Assembly (NCBI GenBank): GCA_964019335.1
Contig: OZ025654.1
Span: 372,001 to 436,000 of the forward strand
Origin: Diplonema japonicum
Taxonomy: Eukaryota > Protista > Euglenozoa: Diplonemea
DNA length: 64,000 bases
Reading direction: 5' to 3'
A model generated the notes under the pieces. That model was not told the DNA's origin and made no database searches. It worked only from the letters and a program-made list of their open reading frames with translations. Positions 8,772 through 18,520 of the stretch are shown in pieces. The position numbers were made by a program, and so were the translations under genes. Every line of letters begins with the position of its first letter. Positions within the stretch are counted from its first letter, which is position 1.

Positions 8772-11720
8772 TTATAATCCATAAAGATTGCTGCACCCCG
8801 AAAGACTGCTGCCAGGGGTGCGCAGGGGAGTGACATTTGCTGTTTCATTCCTAGAGATCGTACTCGGAAGAATAAAGTGCTTATGGCTCCTTGCCTTCTC
8901 ACTGTCGTATAGGGACAGAGACATAACATCGCTTGAAAAGTCTTCTTTGTGCAAGTCCACTTCCATCTCAGTGTCTAAAAAGAGCCATGCCTGCAGCTTG
9001 GTGCGCCGTCCGGACCAAGCAATGTACACTTCGCAGCACACATCGACCACAACCTTCGCAAGAAGCAGAACCACAGCCATCAGCAACAGGTGCGATGCCA
9101 CAGAAAACAGATTCCCCTCAAGATCCTCCTTGTAGTACCCCACCCCCATCAGCAGCATCGCCACACCTTGCAACCCAAGCATTACTATATCCAAAGCCGA
9201 GTCCCTGAACCTTGCATGTGGCCATAACTTTGCCTCCAACAACAGCATCGAGAAGAATATCACTCCTGTGAAGACTTTCTTGTGTCCGCACCCCACATAG
9301 CTGCCTGTCTCAGATGCTTGTATTGCCGATATTGCCAATGACGCTGTGTACTCGATCAACGCGTACCACGCTGTGTCCTGCCTGAAGGTGCGCATTGAAG
9401 AGGCGTATCGCTGTACCCAGAAACGGCTTTTGAGTGTGTTCACCCACTCCCCGGTCCCCAGAAGGATCCCCCGCCCAAGACTGCAGTTCCCTTCCAACAC
9501 GTACACAGCGAACCGGGGGACGCCGTTCGTCACACAGTAAAAGATAACTGCAGGCATCACCATGCAGGTGCACATGCTGACAACCCCGAAGATGAAGGCC
9601 GCTTTGAACGGCGGGTGGATGATGAGGTTGATGGAGCCGAGGGTGGTCCCTTGGTAGAAGAGCTGGAAGACAACAAGCGGGGCCGATGGGAACCGCATCC
9701 ACCCCTGTGTGTCCAACCCTTCGAACAGCCTGGGGAACATCTTCGCACCGCCTGACATCGCCAGTCGCACAAGCCCGTAGCACAGCAGCCCGAACCCGAA
9801 GGTGATGGCGAAGTTCCCCACTACAAGCCCCAGCGACGCGCTGCCCCAGATCTCCATCTGGGTGGGGTGCAGGGAGCGCGGCACTTCGTTCTCTACATTT
9901 GTATTACACCGCATGCTCACCATCACCAGACGTGTTGCTGTCCCTGCAGCTGCTCCGGCTGCCATTGCAGCTCCTATGGCAGCGGCTGACCCGACCGTGT
10001 TGATTTTATCTTCACTTGGGAGCCCCTGAGGGGCCTTAGTTGGGACAGGCGTTTCACGGAACGCTGCTTCTGGTGCTGTTGTTTCCGGAACAGGTGTTAA
10101 AGGTGCTGATGTAGGCTGTGCAGAGGGCACAACCGTCGGCAGGGCAGTAAGGGGTGGCTGTGTGAGAGGTGGCTGTGTGAGAGGCGGCTGTGTGAGAGGT
10201 GGCTGTGTGAGAGGTGGCTGTGTGAGAGGCGGCTGTGTGAGAGGTGGCTGCGTGAGAGGAGCTGCCGTAGTCGGCGGCATTGTAAGTGGTGAATCTGTGG
10301 GAGGGGCCGTCGGCGGCGCGGTAGGTTCAACAGTAGCTGGGGCTGCAGTGGGAGGTGCGTTCGTCGGCTCCGCAGTAGGAGGTGCCGTTGGAATTGCTGT
10401 TAGCGGTGCATCAGTAGGCTTGACGCAAGTCAACGGCAAAGGCGTGGCCAGATGCCCTGTAGGTGCAAGGCCCGGGTCGGGCGGCGGCGGCGGAAGCGGT
10501 GCTGCAGCGCACACCCAGTTAAACTCAATCCCGGGGTACGTGCCACCAATATTGTCATAAGCAACAAGCATTAAATCGCCCGGTGGAGGTTGGTAGGTGG
10601 GCAACGTGTTGCCGCAAAGCCGCTCGCTTTGCACGCCATCATGCGAGATGAAGATGAAGTACTGCAGCTTGCAGGGCACGTCGGAGCTGCCGGGGTTCAG
10701 GTCCAGCGACTTAAACGCCAGCGTTATCTGACTACCGCACCGAAACCGCCAGCACGTAGTGCCTAATGGGAAGGTGCTGATGCTGACTGTGTTGAAGTTG
10801 CCGGAAGAGACTGAGAAGTCCTGCTTGTGTGCTGTGCATTCACGGAGAACGAGCGAGCCAGGCAGGGATGCGGCAGGCCAGTTCCAAGAGCTGCAGGTAT
10901 ATGTCAGCGAGAAGCCTGTGGCCACGGTGCAAAGATCTGAGACAAACCGGAGGACAAGGTCACCGGGAGGGTAAGAGAAGGTAAGGGTTGGGACATTGCA
11001 GATACGATGCCGGATGCTTTGGCTGTCGTACACCTCGATGAAGTCGAAGAGACATCCAGGAGTACTAACCTCGAAGTCCATCTTGGTAAGGGATAGCTTG
11101 ATCTGCCCGTTGCAAAGCAACCGCCAGCAGGTGTTCCGCCCTGCTTCGTAGTTGCCTGAAACCGGGAAGGCAAGAGTGCCTGACGAAGAGGTTATCGTGC
11201 TGAGGTACGTATGGTAGCATTTGGGGTCGTTCATCAGCTGCTCGGTCATGCCGTTGCACTGTTCCCAGCTGAGGGAGAACCCCTTGTAGCTTTTCGAGAA
11301 GTCTGAGACAAAACGGATGACCACGTCACCTTTTGCCATCGGTTGCCATGAAGGCAACACGTCGGGCTGGCCTCCGCAGATGGTCGCGTTGTTGGCAGCA
11401 TCGTCCCACACCTGTACGTAGTCCTTTTCACAGAACTTACCTGCATTGTAAGGGCAGGTTGAGAGGCTCCCGCAAGGCTTGTCGTTAGAGCATTTGTAGT
11501 GATCCTCCACTTCCATGAAGGTCCAGTCTAACCGTATCCATTCCGTTGATTTGATTTTCCAACACCTGTCCTCCCCCGCGGGGTACAGCCCTGCAGGGTC
11601 CGGGAACTGCATCGACCCGCTTGCTCCTATCAACAACTCAAACCCACTGCATTCCGGTGGGTTGTACCCATGCGCCATGGCCACGTAGGCTAGTGACACG
11701 ACGACATTGTAATTATACAT
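8772..11720 (-). CDS. 7-TM surface protein with three CUB-like domains and Pro/Thr stalk
   Basis: Likely start MYNYNVVVSLAYVAMAHG (ATG 11720). CUB motifs include YPAGEDRCWKI, CEKDYVQVWD, VVIRFVSDFSKSYKGFSLSW and CLFDFIEVYD. The C-terminal membrane region is nearly identical to that of 2854..5403. Confidence 0.9.
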   Translation of the reverse strand: MYNYNVVVSLAYVAMAHGYNPPECSGFELLIGASGSMQFPDPAGLYPAGEDRCWKIKSTEWIRLDWTFMEVEDHYKCSNDKPCGSLSTCPYNAGKFCEKDYVQVWDDAANNATICGGQPDVLPSWQPMAKGDVVIRFVSDFSKSYKGFSLSWEQCNGMTEQLMNDPKCYHTYLSTITSSSGTLAFPVSGNYEAGRNTCWRLLCNGQIKLSLTKMDFEVSTPGCLFDFIEVYDSQSIRHRICNVPTLTFSYPPGDLVLRFVSDLCTVATGFSLTYTCSSWNWPAASLPGSLVLRECTAHKQDFSVSSGNFNTVSISTFPLGTTCWRFRCGSQITLAFKSLDLNPGSSDVPCKLQYFIFISHDGVQSERLCGNTLPTYQPPPGDLMLVAYDNIGGTYPGIEFNWVCAAAPLPPPPPDPGLAPTGHLATPLPLTCVKPTDAPLTAIPTAPPTAEPTNAPPTAAPATVEPTAPPTAPPTDSPLTMPPTTAAPLTQPPLTQPPLTQPPLTQPPLTQPPLTQPPLTQPPLTALPTVVPSAQPTSAPLTPVPETTAPEAAFRETPVPTKAPQGLPSEDKINTVGSAAAIGAAMAAGAAAGTATRLVMVSMRCNTNVENEVPRSLHPTQMEIWGSASLGLVVGNFAITFGFGLLCYGLVRLAMSGGAKMFPRLFEGLDTQGWMRFPSAPLVVFQLFYQGTTLGSINLIIHPPFKAAFIFGVVSMCTCMVMPAVIFYCVTNGVPRFAVYVLEGNCSLGRGILLGTGEWVNTLKSRFWVQRYASSMRTFRQDTAWYALIEYTASLAISAIQASETGSYVGCGHKKVFTGVIFFSMLLLEAKLWPHARFRDSALDIVMLGLQGVAMLLMGVGYYKEDLEGNLFSVASHLLLMAVVLLLAKVVVDVCCEVYIAWSGRRTKLQAWLFLDTEMEVDLHKEDFSSDVMSLSLYDSEKARSHKHFILPSTISRNETANVTPLRTPGSSLSGCSNLYGL
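10151..10258 (-). repeat. Coding minisatellite, 15-bp unit, about 7 copies (PLTQP)
   Basis: Tandem gtgagagg(t/c)ggctg(t/c) units in the stalk of the 8772 gene. Confidence 0.9.
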
Positions 11721-12631
11721 CAGGAGTCTCCCTCCCCTTCCTCTCCCTTCCTTTTTTGTTTTTTTACTATGAATACACCTTTTGTTAGAAGGGGGCTTAT
11801 CTGGCGACATTCAGAATTTAGAACTTTCTCAAAAAAGTAGGGGAAAAAAGGGAGAAAAAAAGAAGAAAAAGAAAAACCGACTTTTTAAACATGCAAACCA
11901 AAGAACCTACCCCCTTGGTTCGTGTCCTCCGGCTGGGAACACCACAAATTCACCGAAGGACAGAGCACCGCAGGGCAGTAGGGGGTTGCGTGTGTCGCTA
12001 CGCACCTAATGCAGCTGCCTTTTCTTTCTCAAAAGAAATCGTTTCCTTTTCGACAGCTACAAAAAAAAAAAAAGAGATTTGTGTTTTCCGTTCGTAAAAA
12101 GAGGGGGAGAAAGAAATTTAAGAAAAGAGAGACAATGTGTCAGAAAGAAAATCAAATGAATACTACAAAAAAATGGAAATAAATGAAGATTGTTCCTGAA
12201 GTTGCCTCCTCGTGTAATGCCCTTGAGACTCAAGAGCTACAGACCTTATGCTTACTTCGAGCCAACAACACGTGTGATGAGGCCTACTGAAGTAGTCGTG
12301 GTGGCAAAGACACAACTGCATAGAGCAACTGCGAACTGTAAGGGGAGAAGGGGGGGAAACAAACAAGCAACAGAAGGAAGAAAATAAGAAGAAAAGAAAG
12401 GGGGGAGGAAAAAAAAAAGTCGAGAAAGAAAAAATGCAAAAGAGAGGGATGATATTCTTCTTCTGCTCTTTCTCAGAAATTCATTTCCTTCTCACTTTCC
12501 CGGATCAATGAAAAAAAAAAAAACTCGATAAAATTTCAGTGTGCATGGGGGTGCTCACTGTTCAAAAAAAAAAAACCATTTTAATGTTCCACAAGAGCTG
12601 CACGGTAGAAAGCCTCCTCGACCTCATGGAG

Positions 12632-15484
12632 CTAACCGTCTGACGAGGTGCTCAGCGTGAAAAGTGTGTTAGTTTTCACCAGAGAAATAGAGGTGGGCAA
12701 GGCAAAGTGCATCAGCTGCTTGTCTTTGTCCTCAAATAGAGAAACAGAGACCATTTCAATTTGTGTTTCGAACTCTGCCTGTATCTCATTGTCTAAAAGG
12801 AGCCATGCCTGCAGCTTGGTGCGCCGTCCGGACCAAGCAATGTACACTTCGCAGCACACATCGACCACAACCTTCGCAAGAAGCAGAACCACAGCCATCA
12901 GCAACAGGTGCGATGCCACAGAAAACAGATTCCCCTCAAGATCCTCCTTGTAATACCCCACCCCCATCAGCAGCATCGCCACACCTTGCAACCCAAGCAT
13001 TACTATATCCAAACTCGAGTCCCTGAACCTTGCATGTGGCCATAACTTTGCCTCCAACAACAGCATCGAGAAGAATATCACTCCTGTGAAGACCTTCTTG
13101 TGCCCGCACCCCACATAGCTGTCTGTCTCTGCTGCCGAGATCGCCGATATTGCCAACGACGCTGTGTACTCGATCAACGCGTACCACGCTGTGTCCTGCC
13201 TGAAGGTGCGCATTGAAGAGGCGTATCGCTGTACCCAGAAACGGCTTTTGAGTGTGTTCACCCACTCCCCGGTCCCCAGAAGGATCCCCCGCCCAAGACT
13301 GCAGTTCCCTTCCAACACGTACACAGCGAACCGGGGGACGCCGTTCGTCACGATGAAAAAGATAACTGCAGGCATCGCCATGCAGGTGCACATGCTGACA
13401 GCCCCGAGGATGAAGCCAGCAGGGTTCGGCGGGTGGATGATGAGGTTGATGGAGCCGAGGGTGGTCCCTTGGTAGAAGAGCTGGAAGACAACAAGCGGGG
13501 CCGATGGGAACCGCATCCAACCCTGTGTGTCCAGCCCGTTGAACAGCCGGGGGAACATCTTCGCACCACCGCACGTTGCGATCTTCACAAGGACAAAGCA
13601 CAGCAGCCCGAACCCGAAGGTGATGGCGAAGTTCCCCACCACAAGCCCCACAGACTCGCTGCCCCAGATCTCCATCTGGGTGGGGTGCAGTGCACGGGGC
13701 ATGCTTTGTTTTCCGTGAAGGCTGCAACCCATGCTGGCTACTACCAGACGTGTTGCTGCCCCTGCTGCTCCTGCTGTGAGTGCTCCGACAGCTGCGGCCG
13801 ACCCGAGTGTGTTGATCTTCTTACCTGCAAGTACCTCAGGGGCACCTGTAGCAGGGACAGGAGTTGGAATGGTCTTATCAGGTGCGGTTGTTCCCGGGTA
13901 AGGCGTCGAAAGTGCCATCGGTGTGGCGGTCGCCTGTGGAACAGCAGTTGCAGGACGCATGGTGACAGGGAGCTCCTTGGGTACCACAGTTGGGTGTGCA
14001 GTGGGCGACAGGGTTGGGAGTGCTGGGCTACCAGTAGGCATGATGGTCGCCTCTGCAGTGGGCGGTGAAGTGGGCACAGAGGTTGGCAGTGCCGTCGGGA
14101 CGAGAGGTGGCACAGTAGTTGGTTCGCTTGTTAGCAGTGGTACTGTAGCTGGTACTGTAGTTGGTGGTGCAGTGGGTGTGGAAGTTGGCTGTGCAGTGGG
14201 CAGCGAGGTGGGAACAAATGTTGGCATGGTACACGTAGGCGGTGTCACGACAGGCGAAACACCAGGATCAGGCGGAGGCGACGGCCCCAAACCGCAGGTC
14301 CAGTCAAAATTAATACCGCTGAAGGAGCCGCCGACCATGTCGTGGAAGACAAGCATCACATCGCCCGACGGAGGCTGGTAGGTGGGCAGAGTGATGCCGC
14401 ACAGCCGTTCGCTTTGCACACCGTTGTGCGAAATGAAGATGAAGTACTGCTTTTCACAAGACGTCTCTGTGTGCGGGGGTTTGTACAGCTCTAGCGAATT
14501 GTGCGTGAGGTTAATCTGCCCGCCGCACTGGAACCGCCAGCACGTTGTGCCCAGCGGCATGGCAGCGACATCGCCGGTGAGGAAACTGCCAGGAAAGGAG
14601 ATGTCCTCCTGAAGTGCAACACATTCAGAAAGGATGAGAGTGGCTGGCGCCAGGACGGGCGGCCACGCCCAAGCGTCGCAGGAGTACGTCAAAGAGAAGC
14701 CAGTCTTTTGCGTGCAAAGATCTGAGACGAAACGAAGCACGAGGTCACCGGGAGGGAACTCGAAGTGAAGGGCAGGCTGGTTACAAACACGATGCCGCGT
14801 GCCTTGGCTGTCATATACCTCAAGGTAATCGTACAAACAGCCTGCGGAGCTAACCTCAAAATCCATGCGGTCGAGCGTAACAGTGATCTTCCCGTTGCAT
14901 AGTATTCTGCTGCAAATGTTCACCCCGTGATTATAATTCCCCGAAGCTGGGTATGTAACGGTACCGGACTGAGAGACGTGTGAAGCAAGGTAAGTGTGAA
15001 AGCACAAAGGATGTTCCAGTCGGGGTGTCAATGGAGCGTCACATTCTTCCCATGACAATGCGAAGCCTTTGTAGATGTTCACGGTGTTCGAGGTGAATCT
15101 GATGACAACATCACCCTTGACGCTGGGCTGCCATGAAGGGACGACCTTGTTCCTCCCGCAGATGGTTGCGGTGCCACCTGCGTTGTCCCACACCTCTATC
15201 TTGTCTAGCTTGCATGAACCGCTGTTTAGATACCCGCAGACTAAGGGGGAACACTTTGCCGAAGAGGTGGGGCAGTCGAAGAAATCTTCAACTTCTATCC
15301 TCGTCCATGTAAGCTGAAGCCACTTCGTTGATGGTATCTTCCAGCATAAGTCTGCATTGTTCGGGTAGGTTCCAGACGTAGGGTATTCCAACATCCCCTT
15401 CAAAGGCAGCAATGTGAACGTCGAACATTCAGGTGGGTCGTAGCCCAGTACTGAAACTGCAGCGCACACCGTCACGATCGCCAA
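12632..15484 (-). CDS. 7-TM surface protein with three CUB-like domains (paralog; start codon unresolved)
   Basis: 950-aa ORF collinear with the 8772 gene and carrying the same TM cassette. The track start is TTG, and there is no in-frame ATG before the signal peptide. Confidence 0.85.
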   Translation of the reverse strand: MAIVTVCAAVSVLGYDPPECSTFTLLPLKGMLEYPTSGTYPNNADLCWKIPSTKWLQLTWTRIEVEDFFDCPTSSAKCSPLVCGYLNSGSCKLDKIEVWDNAGGTATICGRNKVVPSWQPSVKGDVVIRFTSNTVNIYKGFALSWEECDAPLTPRLEHPLCFHTYLASHVSQSGTVTYPASGNYNHGVNICSRILCNGKITVTLDRMDFEVSSAGCLYDYLEVYDSQGTRHRVCNQPALHFEFPPGDLVLRFVSDLCTQKTGFSLTYSCDAWAWPPVLAPATLILSECVALQEDISFPGSFLTGDVAAMPLGTTCWRFQCGGQINLTHNSLELYKPPHTETSCEKQYFIFISHNGVQSERLCGITLPTYQPPSGDVMLVFHDMVGGSFSGINFDWTCGLGPSPPPDPGVSPVVTPPTCTMPTFVPTSLPTAQPTSTPTAPPTTVPATVPLLTSEPTTVPPLVPTALPTSVPTSPPTAEATIMPTGSPALPTLSPTAHPTVVPKELPVTMRPATAVPQATATPMALSTPYPGTTAPDKTIPTPVPATGAPEVLAGKKINTLGSAAAVGALTAGAAGAATRLVVASMGCSLHGKQSMPRALHPTQMEIWGSESVGLVVGNFAITFGFGLLCFVLVKIATCGGAKMFPRLFNGLDTQGWMRFPSAPLVVFQLFYQGTTLGSINLIIHPPNPAGFILGAVSMCTCMAMPAVIFFIVTNGVPRFAVYVLEGNCSLGRGILLGTGEWVNTLKSRFWVQRYASSMRTFRQDTAWYALIEYTASLAISAISAAETDSYVGCGHKKVFTGVIFFSMLLLEAKLWPHARFRDSSLDIVMLGLQGVAMLLMGVGYYKEDLEGNLFSVASHLLLMAVVLLLAKVVVDVCCEVYIAWSGRRTKLQAWLLLDNEIQAEFETQIEMVSVSLFEDKDKQLMHFALPTSISLVKTNTLFTLSTSSDG

Positions 15485-16032
15485 ACCCCGCCACCACGCC
15501 AGCCTTCCGTTTTTTTTCTTTTTTTTTAAATCTGTTTTTTTTTTTTGTTTTTTTTTTGTCAGAAAGAAAAAGAGGGGGGGGACTTTATAATAATATAAAG
15601 GGTGGGAAAAGTCAGAAGTCTATTGGTGTGTGTTCTTTTCATCACCAATAGAATCTAAAGGGTAACAACCCTTCGAGTAAAACTTTAAAAGGTAGGGGAA
15701 AAAAAAAAGAAACGAGAACACAATCTCTGGTCAGTCTGGCAACACACACCCTTCGGTTTCTCCTGTAGTTCCCTAACACAACAGCTTCAGATTGTACGGG
15801 AATTGTACGTAAGAATGAATTTTACCCTCGCTGCCCTCTCACACAGAAAAGAAAAACAAAAACAAAAACTCTAGAAGCCTTTCTCACAGCCAATTGAAGA
15901 AAAAAGAAATCGGTATTTAGCACCTCTACAAATCCTGAGATAACTACCACTATTCCGCAGTAGTTGTTGTAAATACAAAAAGAAAAGCGATGGGGAAGCA
16001 TTCTTATTTAAGAAAGGTGTTAAGAGAGGAAT

Positions 16033-17847
16033 CTATGCATCCTTGTCTTTATTCACAGTGGCTGTCGCAGAAGTTCTGTTGTAGTTGGTAAAAATAACAC
16101 CCGCAGTGAACAGGAGAGGACCGGTGACCACTCCAGTGTAGCCCCACACGTAGAAGCCCATCACAAAGGACAGCACCGTCATTTTCGGGTCGGCACCACC
16201 AGACTGCTTAACAACGTCTGCAAAAATCCATTCGTCACCAACAACACAAGGAATCAGGATCCACAAGAAGATCCACGAGAAGTCATCATCGAAGAAGTCG
16301 TAATCGGGGTTCGGGGTCAGAAAAAGCTGGCGGTAGTGGAACAAGATAGACGGTAGAGGCACAATGTAATACTTTGGAAAGTAAGGGAACAGCGCGATAA
16401 GACCTGCGACAAGGGCACCGGTGTACGGAAAAGCAATTTTGAACCGTTGAAGGATGAACAGCGTCAAGGCAAAATGGTACAAGAAAAGCTGCATGATGCT
16501 CCTGAGGATCGCGGAAAGGTTTGACGCAAGCTGCCTCTCGGCAATGTCTGCCGCTTGTTCCGTCATAATCAAAGAAAGCACATTGTACATCAGAGTGTGT
16601 TGTGTCTTGTTCAACGCGAACACCGACAACACAAATATCGAAAACTGCCAGAAAAACCACATGATTCCCGTTGCAGCTCCTGTCACCATTGTGGCGGCAC
16701 CGAACAGCCACGTTGTAACAACGACCCCGCCAGACCCGAACTGTTTCGACAGGTCGAGCCAAAATGCAGAGTCGCCTCCAATGGCCTGAACCGCCTCTTG
16801 GTACCGTTCGGGTTCGAAGAGCAATCTCATCTCTTTCGTGTTGTTCTGCAACATGTACGCGATTTCAAACAATGCAGACGTTGAGATGTTCTGCGACTCT
16901 GCCAGCATGACGAGCCCCTCATATGCATAGGAGACTGCGATGTCAGTTTTATTCTTAGCTTGCTCGTCTGATATCATCTCCCCTGCGTTTGAAACGCCCG
17001 ATTTCGTAACCTCAACCAAGACCAGCACCTCCGACGCGAGGTGCGAACACACGAACGTCCCCGCCGCGATTAGTACCGCGCTTGTCGAAAAGAATATCAC
17101 CACAGTCACGCTGCGATCTGCCTCCAGTACAACCATGCATGTCGTTCCTACAATAAACACTGCGAATCCTATTAGCATCAGGCCCATGCTGTAGAAGTAC
17201 CCGCCGCAAGCTGTCATGATTATAAGCCCTATGCGATGGGAAACTTGTTCGTTGTTGCCCAACACCCATCTGCTGAACAGGGAGATGCCAGTAACGTGGG
17301 CGAACCACTCCGGTAGCTGCCCCCAGACACGGAGGCTCAGTATCAACTTCAAGAAGAAGTCATGCACTGCGATGGCGGCTTTGCTTTTCGATGTTGTCGC
17401 GTACCTCTGCAGAAGCTCCTGATGCCGTTTACGAAAGCCTCCGTAACTTGCACGGTAAACCGAAGGGTGGGTCACGATGGACACCCCCGCCGCCAGCAGC
17501 AACGGGCTCAGCACCGGGAGAAACGTTTGAAGTGCATACCACGCTAAATACGAAAGCACCACAATGCACCCGAAGGCCTTCAGAACCGCGATTTGAATTG
17601 CGGACACCAAGCTCTGAAAGCGCTGCTCCTCTTCGGAGCCATCCGTTCCAATGTTCATCATATCCCGCAGCCGTCCTATACCAGCAGCAACCGCCACCCT
17701 TGCCGACTCATACCCCGACAGGTCCTCGTCCTCTCTCGACAAGGATGTTGTCATCTGCCTCCTCCGCCGACGTTTCATCCTGCATGGCGAACTCTCCATA
17801 TTTAGGCTGCATGGATGATGATCAAAGATGGTACAAAACAAAGACAA
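16033..17847 (-). CDS. TMEM245 / AI-2E family multi-pass membrane protein
   Basis: 604 aa with many TM segments, N-terminal PVLSPLLLAAGVSIVTHP and C-terminal LSFVMGFYVWGYTGVVTGPLL, typical of AI-2E/TMEM245. Exact start uncertain. Confidence 0.75.
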   Translation of the reverse strand: MSLFCTIFDHHPCSLNMESSPCRMKRRRRRQMTTSLSREDEDLSGYESARVAVAAGIGRLRDMMNIGTDGSEEEQRFQSLVSAIQIAVLKAFGCIVVLSYLAWYALQTFLPVLSPLLLAAGVSIVTHPSVYRASYGGFRKRHQELLQRYATTSKSKAAIAVHDFFLKLILSLRVWGQLPEWFAHVTGISLFSRWVLGNNEQVSHRIGLIIMTACGGYFYSMGLMLIGFAVFIVGTTCMVVLEADRSVTVVIFFSTSAVLIAAGTFVCSHLASEVLVLVEVTKSGVSNAGEMISDEQAKNKTDIAVSYAYEGLVMLAESQNISTSALFEIAYMLQNNTKEMRLLFEPERYQEAVQAIGGDSAFWLDLSKQFGSGGVVVTTWLFGAATMVTGAATGIMWFFWQFSIFVLSVFALNKTQHTLMYNVLSLIMTEQAADIAERQLASNLSAILRSIMQLFLYHFALTLFILQRFKIAFPYTGALVAGLIALFPYFPKYYIVPLPSILFHYRQLFLTPNPDYDFFDDDFSWIFLWILIPCVVGDEWIFADVVKQSGGADPKMTVLSFVMGFYVWGYTGVVTGPLLFTAGVIFTNYNRTSATATVNKDKDA

Positions 17848-17879
17848 TTTGGCATGCAGATAAGGGTCATCCGCGCGAG

Positions 17880-18462
17880 AGTGGCACGGGGAGTAAAAGC
17901 CCCTCCGGACAGAAGGTTCATGGTAGTACTAGGTATCTCTCAGTTTAAAGGGACACACCGCAATTTCTCCAGGTGCTGTCCGCATCAGGCAAGAGGCACC
18001 CTTCAAGGGCTCCTACTAGCGTCCTAGTAGGTCGGAGAGTACCGTTCCCAACCACTGTCTTCGCATTCGCTTTGGACAAGCAATGGAAAGCCAAGTCTAC
18101 TAGCTCCTTCGTGACTTCCGCGGGGGTCCGGACAGGGAAAATAAAAACGGCTAGAACAGGGACAGGGAAAAGGAAGTGGAAGGGAGAGTGTTTGAATGGC
18201 CATCTTTATTAAAGGGTAAGCGGCACGAGTTCAGGATGGTTCCCTGACGGGAGGGTCCTGTACTCTACCCAGTAAAGCTACCTACTCCTTGTTATGGTTT
18301 AAGCATAAAAAAGACTACTTGAAATGCAGTGAAGTAGGTGCTTCTCAGTTTTGGACACATCTCTTACAACTCCTCCAGTGCTGTCCTCAGACACCCCTCA
18401 ACGCACTAACACTGGATAAGGTTATGGAAGAGCATAGCCCTTCGCGGTTCCTTCAGAAAATA
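17880..18462 (+). mobile_element. Degenerate retroposon-like remnants (related to 27455-27660)
   Basis: ~110 bp (ctccaggtgctgtccgcatcaggcaagagg...cttcgcatt) is nearly identical to 27498-27600. A second diverged segment at ~18366-18460 matches the 3' part of the 27.6-kb copy. Confidence 0.55.
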
Positions 18463-18520
18463 AAGAAGTGAAGGCTAGCAAAACAAACGGACAAGGTGCT
18501 GAAAAAGGGGAGGGTAGGAT

